The translations under genes and the position numbers were made by a program. Below are positions 54,930-64,000 of a stretch of DNA of 64,000 nt, one piece after another. The stretch's first letter is position 1, and every line of letters begins with the position of its first letter. The notes under the pieces were generated by a model. The model saw nothing but the letters and a program-made list of their open reading frames with translations. It was not told the origin of the DNA and did no database searches. Source of the DNA: Patescibacteria group bacterium (GTDB taxonomy: Bacteria > Patescibacteriota > Patescibacteriia > JAQUQO01). Location of the stretch: the NCBI GenBank assembly GCA_028716045.1, contig JAQUQO010000001.1, positions 256,942-320,941 of the forward strand, read 5' to 3'.

Positions 54930-57560
54930 ATGTTACCTTTTAATAATTTTACCGTCAAAGCCCAAGAGGCCCTGCAACGCGCTTCCCAGATTGCCGTGGA
55001 AAGCGGGCAACAGCAAATTAGCGACCTTCACCTGCTTCTTTCTCTGGCGGGGCAAGATGGCGGAGTTATTGTTTCTATTTTAGAAAAATTAAATGTCAAT
55101 CAGAAAACCCTGGAAGAGCGGGCTTGGAGGGAGTTGGAGTCGCTTCTTCAACCGCGGCTGCCCATGGGCGGAATTGCCCAGCTTTACATTACTCCGGAAT
55201 TTCGAGATGTTTTGGAAAAGGCTTCAAAAGAAGCGGAGAAAATGAAGGACGAATATATTTCCACCGAGCATTTGCTTTTAGCCATGCTTTCCGTTAAATC
55301 AAAATCACGTTTGCTTTTAGAACAATTCGGGCTTACTTATGATAGTGTTTTGCGGATTTTGAAAGAAGTTCGCGGCAGTCAGCGCATTACTGACCCGGAA
55401 CCGGAAAGCAAGTATCAGGCGCTGGAAAAATACAGTGTTAATCTGACTGACCTCGCCCGCAAGGAAAAGCTTGACCCGGTAATCGGGCGTGATAAAGAAA
55501 TCCGCCGTTTAATGCAGGTTCTTTCCCGCCGCACCAAAAACAACCCGGTGCTTATCGGTGAACCCGGGACCGGTAAAACGGCGATTGTGGAAGGTCTGGC
55601 CCAGCGCATTGTTGACGGAGATGTGCCGGAAAGCATCAAGGATAAAGAATTGATTTCTCTGGATATTGGTTCTTTAGTTGCCGGAACTAAATTTCGCGGA
55701 GAATTTGAAGACCGCTTGAAAGCCGTGCTTAAAGAGATTAAAGCGGCGGCCGGTAAAACAATTCTTTTTATTGATGAACTTCACACGATTGTCGGGGCGG
55801 GCGGCGCGGAAGGAGCGATTGACGCTTCTAATATGTTGAAGCCGGCTTTGGCGCGCGGTGAATTGCGGGCCATTGGCGCGACAACAATCAAAGAATATCA
55901 AAGGCATATCGAAAAAGACGCGGCTTTGGAAAGGCGCTTCCAGCCGGTTTTGGTAAGCGAACCAACCCCCGAAGACACTATCAGTATTTTGCGCGGCATT
56001 AAAGAAAAATATGAAGTCCATCACGGAGTTAAGATTACTGACAACGCCCTTTTGGCAGCCGTGGAACTTTCCAAAAGATATATTACCGAAAGATTTCTGC
56101 CGGATAAAGCCATTGACCTTGTTGATGAAGCAACTTCTGCTTTGCGCATGGAGATAGATTCCATGCCCGAAGAATTGGATAAATTTAAAAGACGGCAACG
56201 GCAGTTGGAAATTGAACGGGAGGCCTTGCGTAAAGAAAAAGATGACCCGGACGCCAAAGAACGATTAAAAAAATTAAATAAGGAAATATCTAAAATTAAA
56301 GAAGAGTCCAGCGAGTTGGAAATCCATTGGAAAGCGGAAAAAGAAGCGCTTACCAAAATGCACGAATCCAAAGCAGAGATAGATAAATTAAAAAGTCAGT
56401 CGGAAAAATTGGAACGCGAGGGGCATTTGCAGGAAGTGGCGGAAATTCGCTATGGCCGCATACCTAATTTGGAAAAGGAAATAAAAAAACAAGAAAACAG
56501 ATTGACGGAGATTCAGAAAACTAATCGTATGCTCAAAGAAGAGGTTGATGAAGAAGATATTGCCGAAGTGGTGGCGCGGTGGACGGGCATTCCCGTGGCC
56601 AAGATTTTAGAGTCGGAAAGCGGAAAATTGGCCAAAATGGAGGAGGGGCTGCAAAAGCGCGTAATAGGCCAAGAAGAGGCAATTGAGGCCGTAGCGAACG
56701 CTGTGAGGCGTTCCAGGGCCGGTATTGCGGAGGAATCACGTCCCATCGGGTCGTTTATCTTTATGGGGCCTACGGGGGTGGGTAAAACCGAGCTGGCGCG
56801 GGCTTTGGCCGAATTTATGTTTAACGATGAAAATGCCTTAGTGCGGCTGGATATGTCCGAGTATATGGAAAAACATTCTACCGCCAAGATGATTGGTTCT
56901 CCCCCGGGATATGTTGGCTATGAAGAGGGCGGACAGCTTACGGAAATTATCCGCCGCCGGCCCTACGCCGTTATCTTATTTGATGAAATAGAGAAAGCCC
57001 ATCCGGATGTTTTTAATATGCTACTCCAGATTTTAGACGATGGCCGGATTACTGACAGCAAGGGGCGCGTGGTGAATTTCAAAAACACGGTTATCATCAT
57101 GACTTCCAATATCGGGAGCGAACTGATTTTGGAAACCGGCCGCGGCGGGGTTATTGGTTTTGGTGATAAGGCGGAAAGAAAAAGCCCCGAGAAAATAATG
57201 CGCGACAAAATAATGAAGATGTTGCAGGAAAGATTCAAACCGGAATTTTTAAACAGAGTTGATGAAATCATTATATTTCATTCTCTGAAACCGAAGGAGC
57301 TGGCGCGTATTGTTGAATTGCAGGTTAAAAAAGTACATGACAGATTATTGGAAAAGAAAATTAAGTTAAAAATTTCCGATAAAGTCAAAGACCTGCTGGC
57401 CAAAAAGGGCTATGATCCCCTCTTCGGCGCCCGACCGTTAAAACGCATTATCCAGCAGTTGATTTTAGACCCCTTAGCGCTTAAAATTATCAACAAAGAA
57501 TTTAAAGAAGGAGAAACGGTGAGCGTTGACGCTCGCGACGGCAAGATAGTGTTTAAGTAA
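54930..57560 (+). CDS. clpB: chaperone ClpB (two AAA+ modules with a middle coiled coil)
   Basis: Clp N-domain; Walker A in both modules ([18 protein letters not shown]); an M-domain coiled coil. Confidence 0.95.
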   Translation: MLPFNNFTVKAQEALQRASQIAVESGQQQISDLHLLLSLAGQDGGVIVSILEKLNVNQKTLEERAWRELESLLQPRLPMGGIAQLYITPEFRDVLEKASKEAEKMKDEYISTEHLLLAMLSVKSKSRLLLEQFGLTYDSVLRILKEVRGSQRITDPEPESKYQALEKYSVNLTDLARKEKLDPVIGRDKEIRRLMQVLSRRTKNNPVLIGEPGTGKTAIVEGLAQRIVDGDVPESIKDKELISLDIGSLVAGTKFRGEFEDRLKAVLKEIKAAAGKTILFIDELHTIVGAGGAEGAIDASNMLKPALARGELRAIGATTIKEYQRHIEKDAALERRFQPVLVSEPTPEDTISILRGIKEKYEVHHGVKITDNALLAAVELSKRYITERFLPDKAIDLVDEATSALRMEIDSMPEELDKFKRRQRQLEIEREALRKEKDDPDAKERLKKLNKEISKIKEESSELEIHWKAEKEALTKMHESKAEIDKLKSQSEKLEREGHLQEVAEIRYGRIPNLEKEIKKQENRLTEIQKTNRMLKEEVDEEDIAEVVARWTGIPVAKILESESGKLAKMEEGLQKRVIGQEEAIEAVANAVRRSRAGIAEESRPIGSFIFMGPTGVGKTELARALAEFMFNDENALVRLDMSEYMEKHSTAKMIGSPPGYVGYEEGGQLTEIIRRRPYAVILFDEIEKAHPDVFNMLLQILDDGRITDSKGRVVNFKNTVIIMTSNIGSELILETGRGGVIGFGDKAERKSPEKIMRDKIMKMLQERFKPEFLNRVDEIIIFHSLKPKELARIVELQVKKVHDRLLEKKIKLKISDKVKDLLAKKGYDPLFGARPLKRIIQQLILDPLALKIINKEFKEGETVSVDARDGKIVFK

Positions 57561-57642
57561 TCTTGTAACTTATAACTCAAAACTTGTAGCTTAAATAAAA
57601 AAAGAACGTTGTAATAAGCGTTCTTTCTGTTAAAAAGAAGGG

Positions 57643-57801
57643 TTATTTGTCTGTAGCTTTTATCCCTTCATACATCATTTCCCTGATTCGTTTTAATTCT
57701 TGTTGCGCTTTCTTTTCTCTTTGCCGGCATTTATGGGCCATATAAAAAAATATGCCTATTTGCAAAAGAGCAAGCGCTTGTACTATAGTGCTGTGTTTCA
57801 T
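57643..57801 (-). CDS. small membrane protein (52 aa)
   Basis: SD AGGAGGTG 5 nt upstream of the ATG and one hydrophobic helix. Not in the ORF track because it is under 60 aa. Confidence 0.25.
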   Translation of the reverse strand: MKHSTIVQALALLQIGIFFYMAHKCRQREKKAQQELKRIREMMYEGIKATDK

Positions 57802-57850
57802 TCCGCACCTCCTAAACTTATTTATGTCAATTCAATTTTAAAAGTTCAAT

Positions 57851-59287
57851 TTAAATTTTTTCTTTTATCATCATTCTAGCTTTGCGGGTTTTAATTGATT
57901 TCAACCAGGCGGGGTCGGGTTTTTTTCGGCTTCTTTCTATGATTATTTCCACCTTGTCTCCGGACAATAATTTATAATCGTCAGACACTAATTCATCATT
58001 TACTTTAGCCCGCGCGTATTTATGCCCCAATTCAGTGTGTATGGCATAGGCAAAATCCACGGGCGTGGCGTTTTCTGGCAGATTAATAATGTCGCCCTTT
58101 GGCGTAAAAACAAAAATTCTTTTTTGAAAGATGTCGGTTTTTAAGGAATCTATATTTTCAAAGAATTTTGTTTTTTCTTTAATCTCCTTTTGAATTTTAG
58201 AAAATTCCCTTAGCCAGGCAATGTGTTTTTTCTTATTTTCCTGACCCTCCCCCTGCTCTCTATAAAACCAATGCGAAGCCAGACCATATTCATCTTCTTC
58301 GTGCATTGTTTTGGTGCGGATTTGAAACTCAACCGTTTTTCCGTCTTCGCAAAAAACCGTGGTATGAAGAGATTGATAGCCATTCGGCTTGGGTTGAGAA
58401 ATATAATCTTTAATCCTTCCTTTTACCGGTTTCCAGCGATGGTGTAGTATACCGAGAGCTGAATAACAGTCACTTTCCGATTCCACGATGATACGCGAAG
58501 CAAAGATGTCGTAGATATTATTAGGATTCCAATTTCTGGCGGCTAACTTTTTATAAACCCCGTAAAGACCTTTTTTGCGGCTGTGAATTTCTGCCACTCT
58601 GATGCCGCCCTTGACCAAATCTTTGCTAACTATTTTTCTTATTTTCTCCAGATAACCTTCTTTGGTCGCGTAAACATTTTTTACCAAGTTCAATGTTTTT
58701 TCGTAATCCTCGGGATAAACATACTTAAACGATAAATCTTCCAATTGCTGGCGAATTACATCCATCCCGAGACGATTGGCAATCGGGGCATAAATTTCCA
58801 GACTTTCTATCGCCAGGCGTTTTTGTTTATTTTCCGGCAGAAAGCTTAGTGATTTTAAGTTGTCAATTCTATCAGCAAATTTAATAAAAATAATCCGCAC
58901 GTCATCCGCTACGGAAATAAACATCTGGCGCAAGTTTTCCGCGTATTTTTTTTCTCCGCGATACCTCAAACTGTCCAGCTTCATCTCCCCCTCAACCATC
59001 TTGGCTACATCTCGGCTAAAATTTGTTTCTATGTCAGCGATAGTGTATTTAGTGTATTCCGGGACATCATGAAGTAGCCCAGCGACGACAAAATTAATAG
59101 GCAATTTCCATTCGGCAAGATGAAGAGCGGTATTTACGGAATGGTTTATTTGGGGTTCTCCGGAAAAGCGTTTATTATCTTGATGGGCCATTTCCGCAAA
59201 ATTGTAGGCCCTTTCCACTAACTCAACATTTACCTTGGGATAATTTTGAGATAACAGTTGTCTAATTTTTTCAATATTTTTAAACAT
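57851..59287 (-). CDS. rel: bifunctional (p)ppGpp synthetase/hydrolase, short Rel/SpoT form (HD + synthetase + TGS)
   Basis: HD hydrolase motifs (HDVPE); synthetase motifs SRKKGLYGVYKK, DIFASR, GYQSLHT and EFQIRTKTMHE; TGS domain VFTPKGD. Confidence 0.85.
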   Translation of the reverse strand: MFKNIEKIRQLLSQNYPKVNVELVERAYNFAEMAHQDNKRFSGEPQINHSVNTALHLAEWKLPINFVVAGLLHDVPEYTKYTIADIETNFSRDVAKMVEGEMKLDSLRYRGEKKYAENLRQMFISVADDVRIIFIKFADRIDNLKSLSFLPENKQKRLAIESLEIYAPIANRLGMDVIRQQLEDLSFKYVYPEDYEKTLNLVKNVYATKEGYLEKIRKIVSKDLVKGGIRVAEIHSRKKGLYGVYKKLAARNWNPNNIYDIFASRIIVESESDCYSALGILHHRWKPVKGRIKDYISQPKPNGYQSLHTTVFCEDGKTVEFQIRTKTMHEEDEYGLASHWFYREQGEGQENKKKHIAWLREFSKIQKEIKEKTKFFENIDSLKTDIFQKRIFVFTPKGDIINLPENATPVDFAYAIHTELGHKYARAKVNDELVSDDYKLLSGDKVEIIIERSRKKPDPAWLKSIKTRKARMMIKEKI

Positions 59288-59292
59288 GTATG

Positions 59293-59344
59293 TAAAATAA
59301 AAAACGTCCTTTTAGTAAAAGTTTATAACTTTTACTAAAAGGAC
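59293..59344 (-). terminator. perfect 18-bp-arm hairpin (GTCCTTTTAGTAAAAGTT-TAT-AACTTTTACTAAAAGGAC) followed on the - strand by GTTTTTTATTTT
   Basis: The hairpin (59306-59344) includes the stop codon of the upstream gene. The U-tract ends 5 nt before the rel ATG. Confidence 0.6.
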
Positions 59345-60639
59345 GCAAGTTCGGCAGATGAAGGGGGCGCGGGTTTAAATTTCTTGTTTCTCTCCTCAAA
59401 TCGTTGCTTGATGTAACTGAATATTTGTTCTTGCACCTTTTTTTTATTCCAGTTTATACCAAACAATTCTTTGGGAAAAAGCTGGGAGAAGAGACCATTT
59501 TTAGCAGCATACCACCGCGCATGATAGAGAGTGTGATTTTCCGGGGCAATAGAATTGCAAATGTTGTAGAGATGTTCTACGGGCAGATGTTGAATCTCGC
59601 GGTATTTACCGTCAATAAAGGCAAATTGGCTTTCAATTATCAAATTTTTAGCAGAAAACTTGTTTAAGCTGGGGACGTTTTTAACTCCTTCGGTAATTTC
59701 CCATAGTTTTTTTTGGACAAATTCCTCACCTCTTTTCATATCTTCCAGGGAAAAGTAAGCAAGGCGTATGCCGTAACGATCTGGGAGAAATTCGGGGTTT
59801 AGTTCTTTGTTTCGCAACATCCTGCCTATAGTTGACATATAACCTTTTTTTCTGCTGGCCAACAATGCCTTAACCTTTTTCTCAGATGAATCATCTATGT
59901 TTAGGGTGACTATCTCAACGTCTTCTGCTTCGTAGCACATATTTGCTGGGATATTCTTGCCATTTAGAAAATCTTCAGAAGAAATCATGGAAACGCATTT
60001 CCATTGATTTAGCGGGTCATAGAAAATAAACCACTTCTCTTTTTTGATATTAGAAAAAATCCCCTTACTCACTAAATAAGTTTTAATAGCTTCTTCCTGC
60101 TCTTCATCTTGTTTTTGCCATTCTCGAAGCGGTGTTTTCCAGTCCTTGTATTTAGCGCCTATAAGGAAGTATTTTCTGACTAATTCTATGGTCCGTAAAA
60201 TTTCAAATTCTTCCCTTGAAAATATTTCCTTATTCTCATTGGCAAGTTCTATTTCTTTCCACTGCTTAAAGAGTTCCAGCATTCCAATAATAACCGTTGA
60301 CCCCAGAAGCGGTTTTAGAGAATCTTGTATAGAGGGTGGTAGATATTCAGTCATCAATTCAGAAACGTCTTTTTTAACCTTACTTAGCACATACCCTATA
60401 CCCAGAATAAATTCGTTTAGTTCGGCTGTTTCGCCTGACGAAGAAATACCTTCCCTTAAAATGTCAGCTAGTCGTTGATTGGGGGCGGTTCCCGTATCCA
60501 CACTCCCGTCGCTTTTTTTGCCGGTAGAAATATAATCTTTATTTCTACGCCATTTTTCCAGTTTTTGAACAAAAATATTGTCTTTTTTGAGATTCTGCAG
60601 CGCTTTGGCACTGCAGAATGCTTTCTTCTGCTGTGCCAT
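59335..60639 (-). CDS. divergent RelA/SpoT-homologue (RSH) synthetase-domain protein with an N-terminal region of about 250 aa of unknown function
   Basis: The C-terminal half carries SRKKGYMSTIGRMLRNK (GR.K...SI..KM.RK block), PDRYGIRLAYFSLED (D..G.R..YF..DD block) and REIQHL (ExQ). The typical GYRSLH loop is lacking. Confidence 0.6.
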   Translation of the reverse strand: MAQQKKAFCSAKALQNLKKDNIFVQKLEKWRRNKDYISTGKKSDGSVDTGTAPNQRLADILREGISSSGETAELNEFILGIGYVLSKVKKDVSELMTEYLPPSIQDSLKPLLGSTVIIGMLELFKQWKEIELANENKEIFSREEFEILRTIELVRKYFLIGAKYKDWKTPLREWQKQDEEQEEAIKTYLVSKGIFSNIKKEKWFIFYDPLNQWKCVSMISSEDFLNGKNIPANMCYEAEDVEIVTLNIDDSSEKKVKALLASRKKGYMSTIGRMLRNKELNPEFLPDRYGIRLAYFSLEDMKRGEEFVQKKLWEITEGVKNVPSLNKFSAKNLIIESQFAFIDGKYREIQHLPVEHLYNICNSIAPENHTLYHARWYAAKNGLFSQLFPKELFGINWNKKKVQEQIFSYIKQRFEERNKKFKPAPPSSAELASF

Positions 60640-60804
60640 GTTTTTACTCCTTAAGTTGTTAAAGACCTTTATATTAAACCCTTTTGGGTATATTGTATAT
60701 TAAATAAATACTACCGTTTTGTCAAGAAGTTTATTTATTTTTTTAGCCTTGCGATATTAACGTTTTTTTTATATAATAAAAAGGCAATTAATAAAATCAA
60801 AATT

Positions 60805-62253
60805 ATGGCTAAGGCAACAAAAAATATATTTATAATTACGGTGATTTTTAGCATGTTCTTCCTGCCCTTATCCCCTATTCTTGCCGTTACCTTTAACCCC
60901 GATTATATTTTATCCGATTATGAGTTTACTGACAAAGATGCTTATAGCGGGCCGCAGGCGATTGAGTTTTTCATCAAATCCAAAGGCGGAGCAGTGGCTG
61001 ATTACAAAATGCTTGTTGATGGCCAGTTAAAAACCACCTCGGAGTTGATTTATGAGTCCGCGCAGGTAAATAACATTAGTCCTAAATTTTTATTAACTTT
61101 ACTTCAGAAAGAATCAGGTTTAGTCACCGCTTCTACATTCACGAGTGATGATTTAGATTGGGCCATGGGAGCGGGCATTTGTGATAGTTGCTCCAAAGAC
61201 GACCCGGAAATTATTTTAAAATATAAAGGTTTTGATAAACAGATACGTTGGGCGGCGGAGCTTAATCGTTGGTATTTAGATGAAATCGCTAAAAACGGAA
61301 AAACTTTTACCGGTTGGGGTCCGGGGGTGACTAAAAAAACTTTAGATGGGATAAAGGTTGTCCCTGCCAATTCCGCCACCGCCGCTCTTTATACCTATAA
61401 CCCTTGGGTTGGAAAGTATGGCGGCGGGACTTCAAAATATGGAGCCAATTCCCTTCTCTGGAAAAGATGGACCGAATGGTTTACTAAATTTTATCCCGAC
61501 GGCTCATTACTAAAAGATAAAGAGGAAGCCGGAGTTTGGCTGATACAAAATGGCTTAAGGCGGCCTTTTTTCTCAAAGTCCGCCCTGCTTTCTCGCTATA
61601 GTTTAGAGAAAGTGATTGAAGTCGCCAAAAATGATTTACTAAAATACGAAATCGGCAAACCAATAAAATTTTCTAATTATTCTCTTTTGCGTTCTCCCCG
61701 CGGAACGGTTTATTTGTTGGTTGACGATATTTTACGCGGCATTGCCTCGCGCGAGGCGTTTAGGGCAATCGGTTTTAACTCCGAAGAAATTATTGACGTA
61801 GAACAGGAAGAATTGGCGCAATACATCGAAGGTGCGCCCATAACCGCAGAAAGCGTCTACCCCACAGGGGCTTTATTACAAAATAAAAAAACCGGAGGAG
61901 TTTATTATGTGGAAAACGGGGTTAAGCATCCTATTTGGGCCAAAGAAATTTTAAAAAGTAATTTTAAAAACAAAAAAATTGTCGCCGTCTCGGCTGAAGA
62001 GTTAGGAAAATACCCCGATAGCGAACCTCTGAAATTTAAAGAAGGAGAGCTAGTGAAATCCGCCGTTTCCCCGTCGGTTTATGTTATTTCTAATGGTTTG
62101 AAACGTCCCATTCCTTCAGCTGAAATTTTTGAAGGGCTTGGGTATAAATGGGGGCAGGTAATAATTACGAATGAGAAAGCCTTGGAAGCGCATTCTTTTG
62201 GCGAACCAGTACGTTTGACTTCCGGAGAAGTTGAAATAGCCATTAATAAATAA
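60805..62253 (+). CDS. secreted protein with four C-terminal repeats of about 45 aa and a possible lysozyme/transglycosylase-like N-terminal region (hypothetical)
   Basis: A signal peptide is present. The repeats are V(Y/W)(L/Y)(L/V/I)..G(L/V)(K/R).P. Promoter TTGCGA-17-TATAAT lies upstream. Confidence 0.5.
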   Translation: MAKATKNIFIITVIFSMFFLPLSPILAVTFNPDYILSDYEFTDKDAYSGPQAIEFFIKSKGGAVADYKMLVDGQLKTTSELIYESAQVNNISPKFLLTLLQKESGLVTASTFTSDDLDWAMGAGICDSCSKDDPEIILKYKGFDKQIRWAAELNRWYLDEIAKNGKTFTGWGPGVTKKTLDGIKVVPANSATAALYTYNPWVGKYGGGTSKYGANSLLWKRWTEWFTKFYPDGSLLKDKEEAGVWLIQNGLRRPFFSKSALLSRYSLEKVIEVAKNDLLKYEIGKPIKFSNYSLLRSPRGTVYLLVDDILRGIASREAFRAIGFNSEEIIDVEQEELAQYIEGAPITAESVYPTGALLQNKKTGGVYYVENGVKHPIWAKEILKSNFKNKKIVAVSAEELGKYPDSEPLKFKEGELVKSAVSPSVYVISNGLKRPIPSAEIFEGLGYKWGQVIITNEKALEAHSFGEPVRLTSGEVEIAINK

Positions 62254-62257
62254 CCCT

Positions 62258-63043
62258 ATGTTGGTATTTGCCGCTTTTACTCCCCATACTCCCCTTTTGA
62301 TTCCTAATATCGGCAAGGAGAATTTAGCTCATTTAGGAAAGACAATTAAGGCGATGGAGAGTTTGAATAAAGAATTGATTGAGGCCAAGCCAGAAACGAT
62401 TATTGTTTTTTCCGGACACCATTCGTTTCTTTCGGACCATTTTATAATTAATTTAAACACTAAGTATCGCGGAGATTTTCAAGAATTCAGTGATTTGACC
62501 ACAGCAGTTTGCTTTAATGGTGACGTTGTTTTAATTAATGAAGTAAGGGATAAAATCGAAGACGAGGTTCCCTTGGTGCTTAAAACAGAAAATAATTTGG
62601 AATACGGGACTATTGCCCCGCTTTTTTATCTAACAAAAAATTTACCCGGGATAAAAGTAGTTCCATTTTCTTATTCCTTAGCCGACAAAGAAACGCATTT
62701 CAAGCTGGGGAAATTATTAAAAGAGGTTATTTGGGAAAGTGAAAAACGCATTGCGGTGATAGCGGCGGGCGATTTATCTCATACTTTGACCAAGAATTCG
62801 CCGGGCAGTTATTCTAAAAAAGGCTCTCTCTATGACCAGTTACTTATAGATTTTTTGAAAAGCAAAGACATAAAAGGGCTTTTAGATATTGATAACGAAA
62901 TTATTGAAGAAGCGAAAGAATGTTCCTTTCGTTCATTATTAATGCTTCTCGGGATTATTCACGAGATGAACTATGAAGTTAATATTATTTCTTACGAACA
63001 TCCGTTTGGCGTAGGATATTTAACGGTAAAATTTAAAATCTAA
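62258..63043 (+). CDS. LigB/DODA-family (class III extradiol dioxygenase-like) protein
   Basis: N-terminal AAFTPHTPLL and VFSGHHS, which are candidate metal-ligand His. Size is about 260 aa. Confidence 0.45.
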   Translation: MLVFAAFTPHTPLLIPNIGKENLAHLGKTIKAMESLNKELIEAKPETIIVFSGHHSFLSDHFIINLNTKYRGDFQEFSDLTTAVCFNGDVVLINEVRDKIEDEVPLVLKTENNLEYGTIAPLFYLTKNLPGIKVVPFSYSLADKETHFKLGKLLKEVIWESEKRIAVIAAGDLSHTLTKNSPGSYSKKGSLYDQLLIDFLKSKDIKGLLDIDNEIIEEAKECSFRSLLMLLGIIHEMNYEVNIISYEHPFGVGYLTVKFKI

Positions 63044-64000
63044 TGAGAATATTATTTATAGGTCCAAAAGCTATCCCCTTGGCCGGGATAAGCGGGGGCG
63101 TAGAAAAACACATTGAAGAATTGGGCGCTCGTTTGGCGGAGAGGGGGCATGAAGTTATCGCTTATGTGCGCCCTCGTTTTTATGTTAAAAAAATCAGTGA
63201 ATATCGCGGCATAAAGTTGGTTTATATTCCATCTATATCCACAAAAAATTTAGATACGATTACTTACAGTTTTTTGGCCACCATTCGGGCTTTATTTCAA
63301 AAAGCGGACGTAATTCATTACCACGGCGTGGGGCCGTCCACGCTGGCGTTTATCCCGCGTATTTTTAAACCAAAGACAAAAGTGATTATTACTTTCCATA
63401 GTCAGGATAAATTCCACAAGAAATGGGGCTGGTTTGCCCGTCTGTATCTTTCCTGGGGAGAATTTACCGCTTGCGCTTTTCCCCACCAAACCATTGCCGT
63501 TTCTCATGTCATACAGAAATATTGCCAGAAAAAATTTAAAAAATATCCCGTTTATATTCCTAATGGAGTAATTCCCCAGCCGCCGCCGAATAGTGACAAA
63601 ATAAAAAAATGGGGGTTAGAAAAAGATAGTTATATTTTGACGGTGGCTCGTTTGATAGAGCACAAGGGAATTCATCATCTTTTGAAAGCTTATAATGAAT
63701 TAAATGTTGATAAAAAATTGGTTATAGTCGGCGCGGCAAGCTATACCGACGATTATTTTAAATATCTGCGGGAGCTCGCCGAAAATAACAGTAATATTAT
63801 TTTTACCGGTTTTCAAAGCGGAGAAGATTTAGCACAGCTATTTGGTAATGCCTATATTTATGTTCATCCGTCAGAATTTGAAGGATTATCCCTTACTATT
63901 TTAGAGGCAATGAGTTACGGACGCTGTGTTTTAATGAGTGACATTCCGGAAAATTTGGAACTGATTGACCACAGTGGAGTGAGCTTTAAAAATAAAGACG
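63043..64000 (+). CDS. GT4-family glycosyltransferase (partial; continues beyond the window)
   Basis: N-terminal GGVEKHIEEL and a C-terminal E..G.S..EAM region. The ATG overlaps the previous stop (TAATG). No stop occurs within the window. Confidence 0.75.
   Translation, partial: MRILFIGPKAIPLAGISGGVEKHIEELGARLAERGHEVIAYVRPRFYVKKISEYRGIKLVYIPSISTKNLDTITYSFLATIRALFQKADVIHYHGVGPSTLAFIPRIFKPKTKVIITFHSQDKFHKKWGWFARLYLSWGEFTACAFPHQTIAVSHVIQKYCQKKFKKYPVYIPNGVIPQPPPNSDKIKKWGLEKDSYILTVARLIEHKGIHHLLKAYNELNVDKKLVIVGAASYTDDYFKYLRELAENNSNIIFTGFQSGEDLAQLFGNAYIYVHPSEFEGLSLTILEAMSYGRCVLMSDIPENLELIDHSGVSFKNKD

Overview
Low-GC window, gene-dense, with the look of a reduced Patescibacteria/CPR-like genome. It is mostly housekeeping. 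Core operons on the + strand: two adjacent class II (B12-dependent) ribonucleotide reductase genes plus a cob(I)alamin adenosyltransferase; iscR-iscS-iscU; rsmI; metG; cvpA; tatD; rmuC; a complete F1Fo ATP synthase operon (atpZ-BEFHAGDC); a UvrD-like helicase fused to a Cas4-like nuclease; proS; mreBCD-mrdA; greA; lysS; an MscS channel; serS; alr; ftsQ-like. On the - strand: an M23 peptidase, gltX, a WecB/TagA glycosyltransferase, prs and rel. clpB (+) is preceded by a perfect CIRCE element.

The items I would look at first:
1. Three tandem catalytically complete NrdJ-like domains (one stand-alone gene, two fused in a 1456-aa protein), with only the last carrying the redox tail.
2. A divergent RelA/SpoT-family synthetase-domain protein directly upstream of rel, separated from it by a perfect 18-bp-arm hairpin terminator.
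3. An island of small lineage-specific genes at 44.9-49.1 kb with a recently duplicated gene cassette and a secreted thermonuclease.
4. A regulatory-looking region at 8.2-9.5 kb holding a 30-bp perfect palindrome, a duplicated consensus sigma70 promoter module, a Cys-rich secreted small protein and ORF-free transcripts.

No rRNA, tRNA, CRISPR array or obvious transposase was found.
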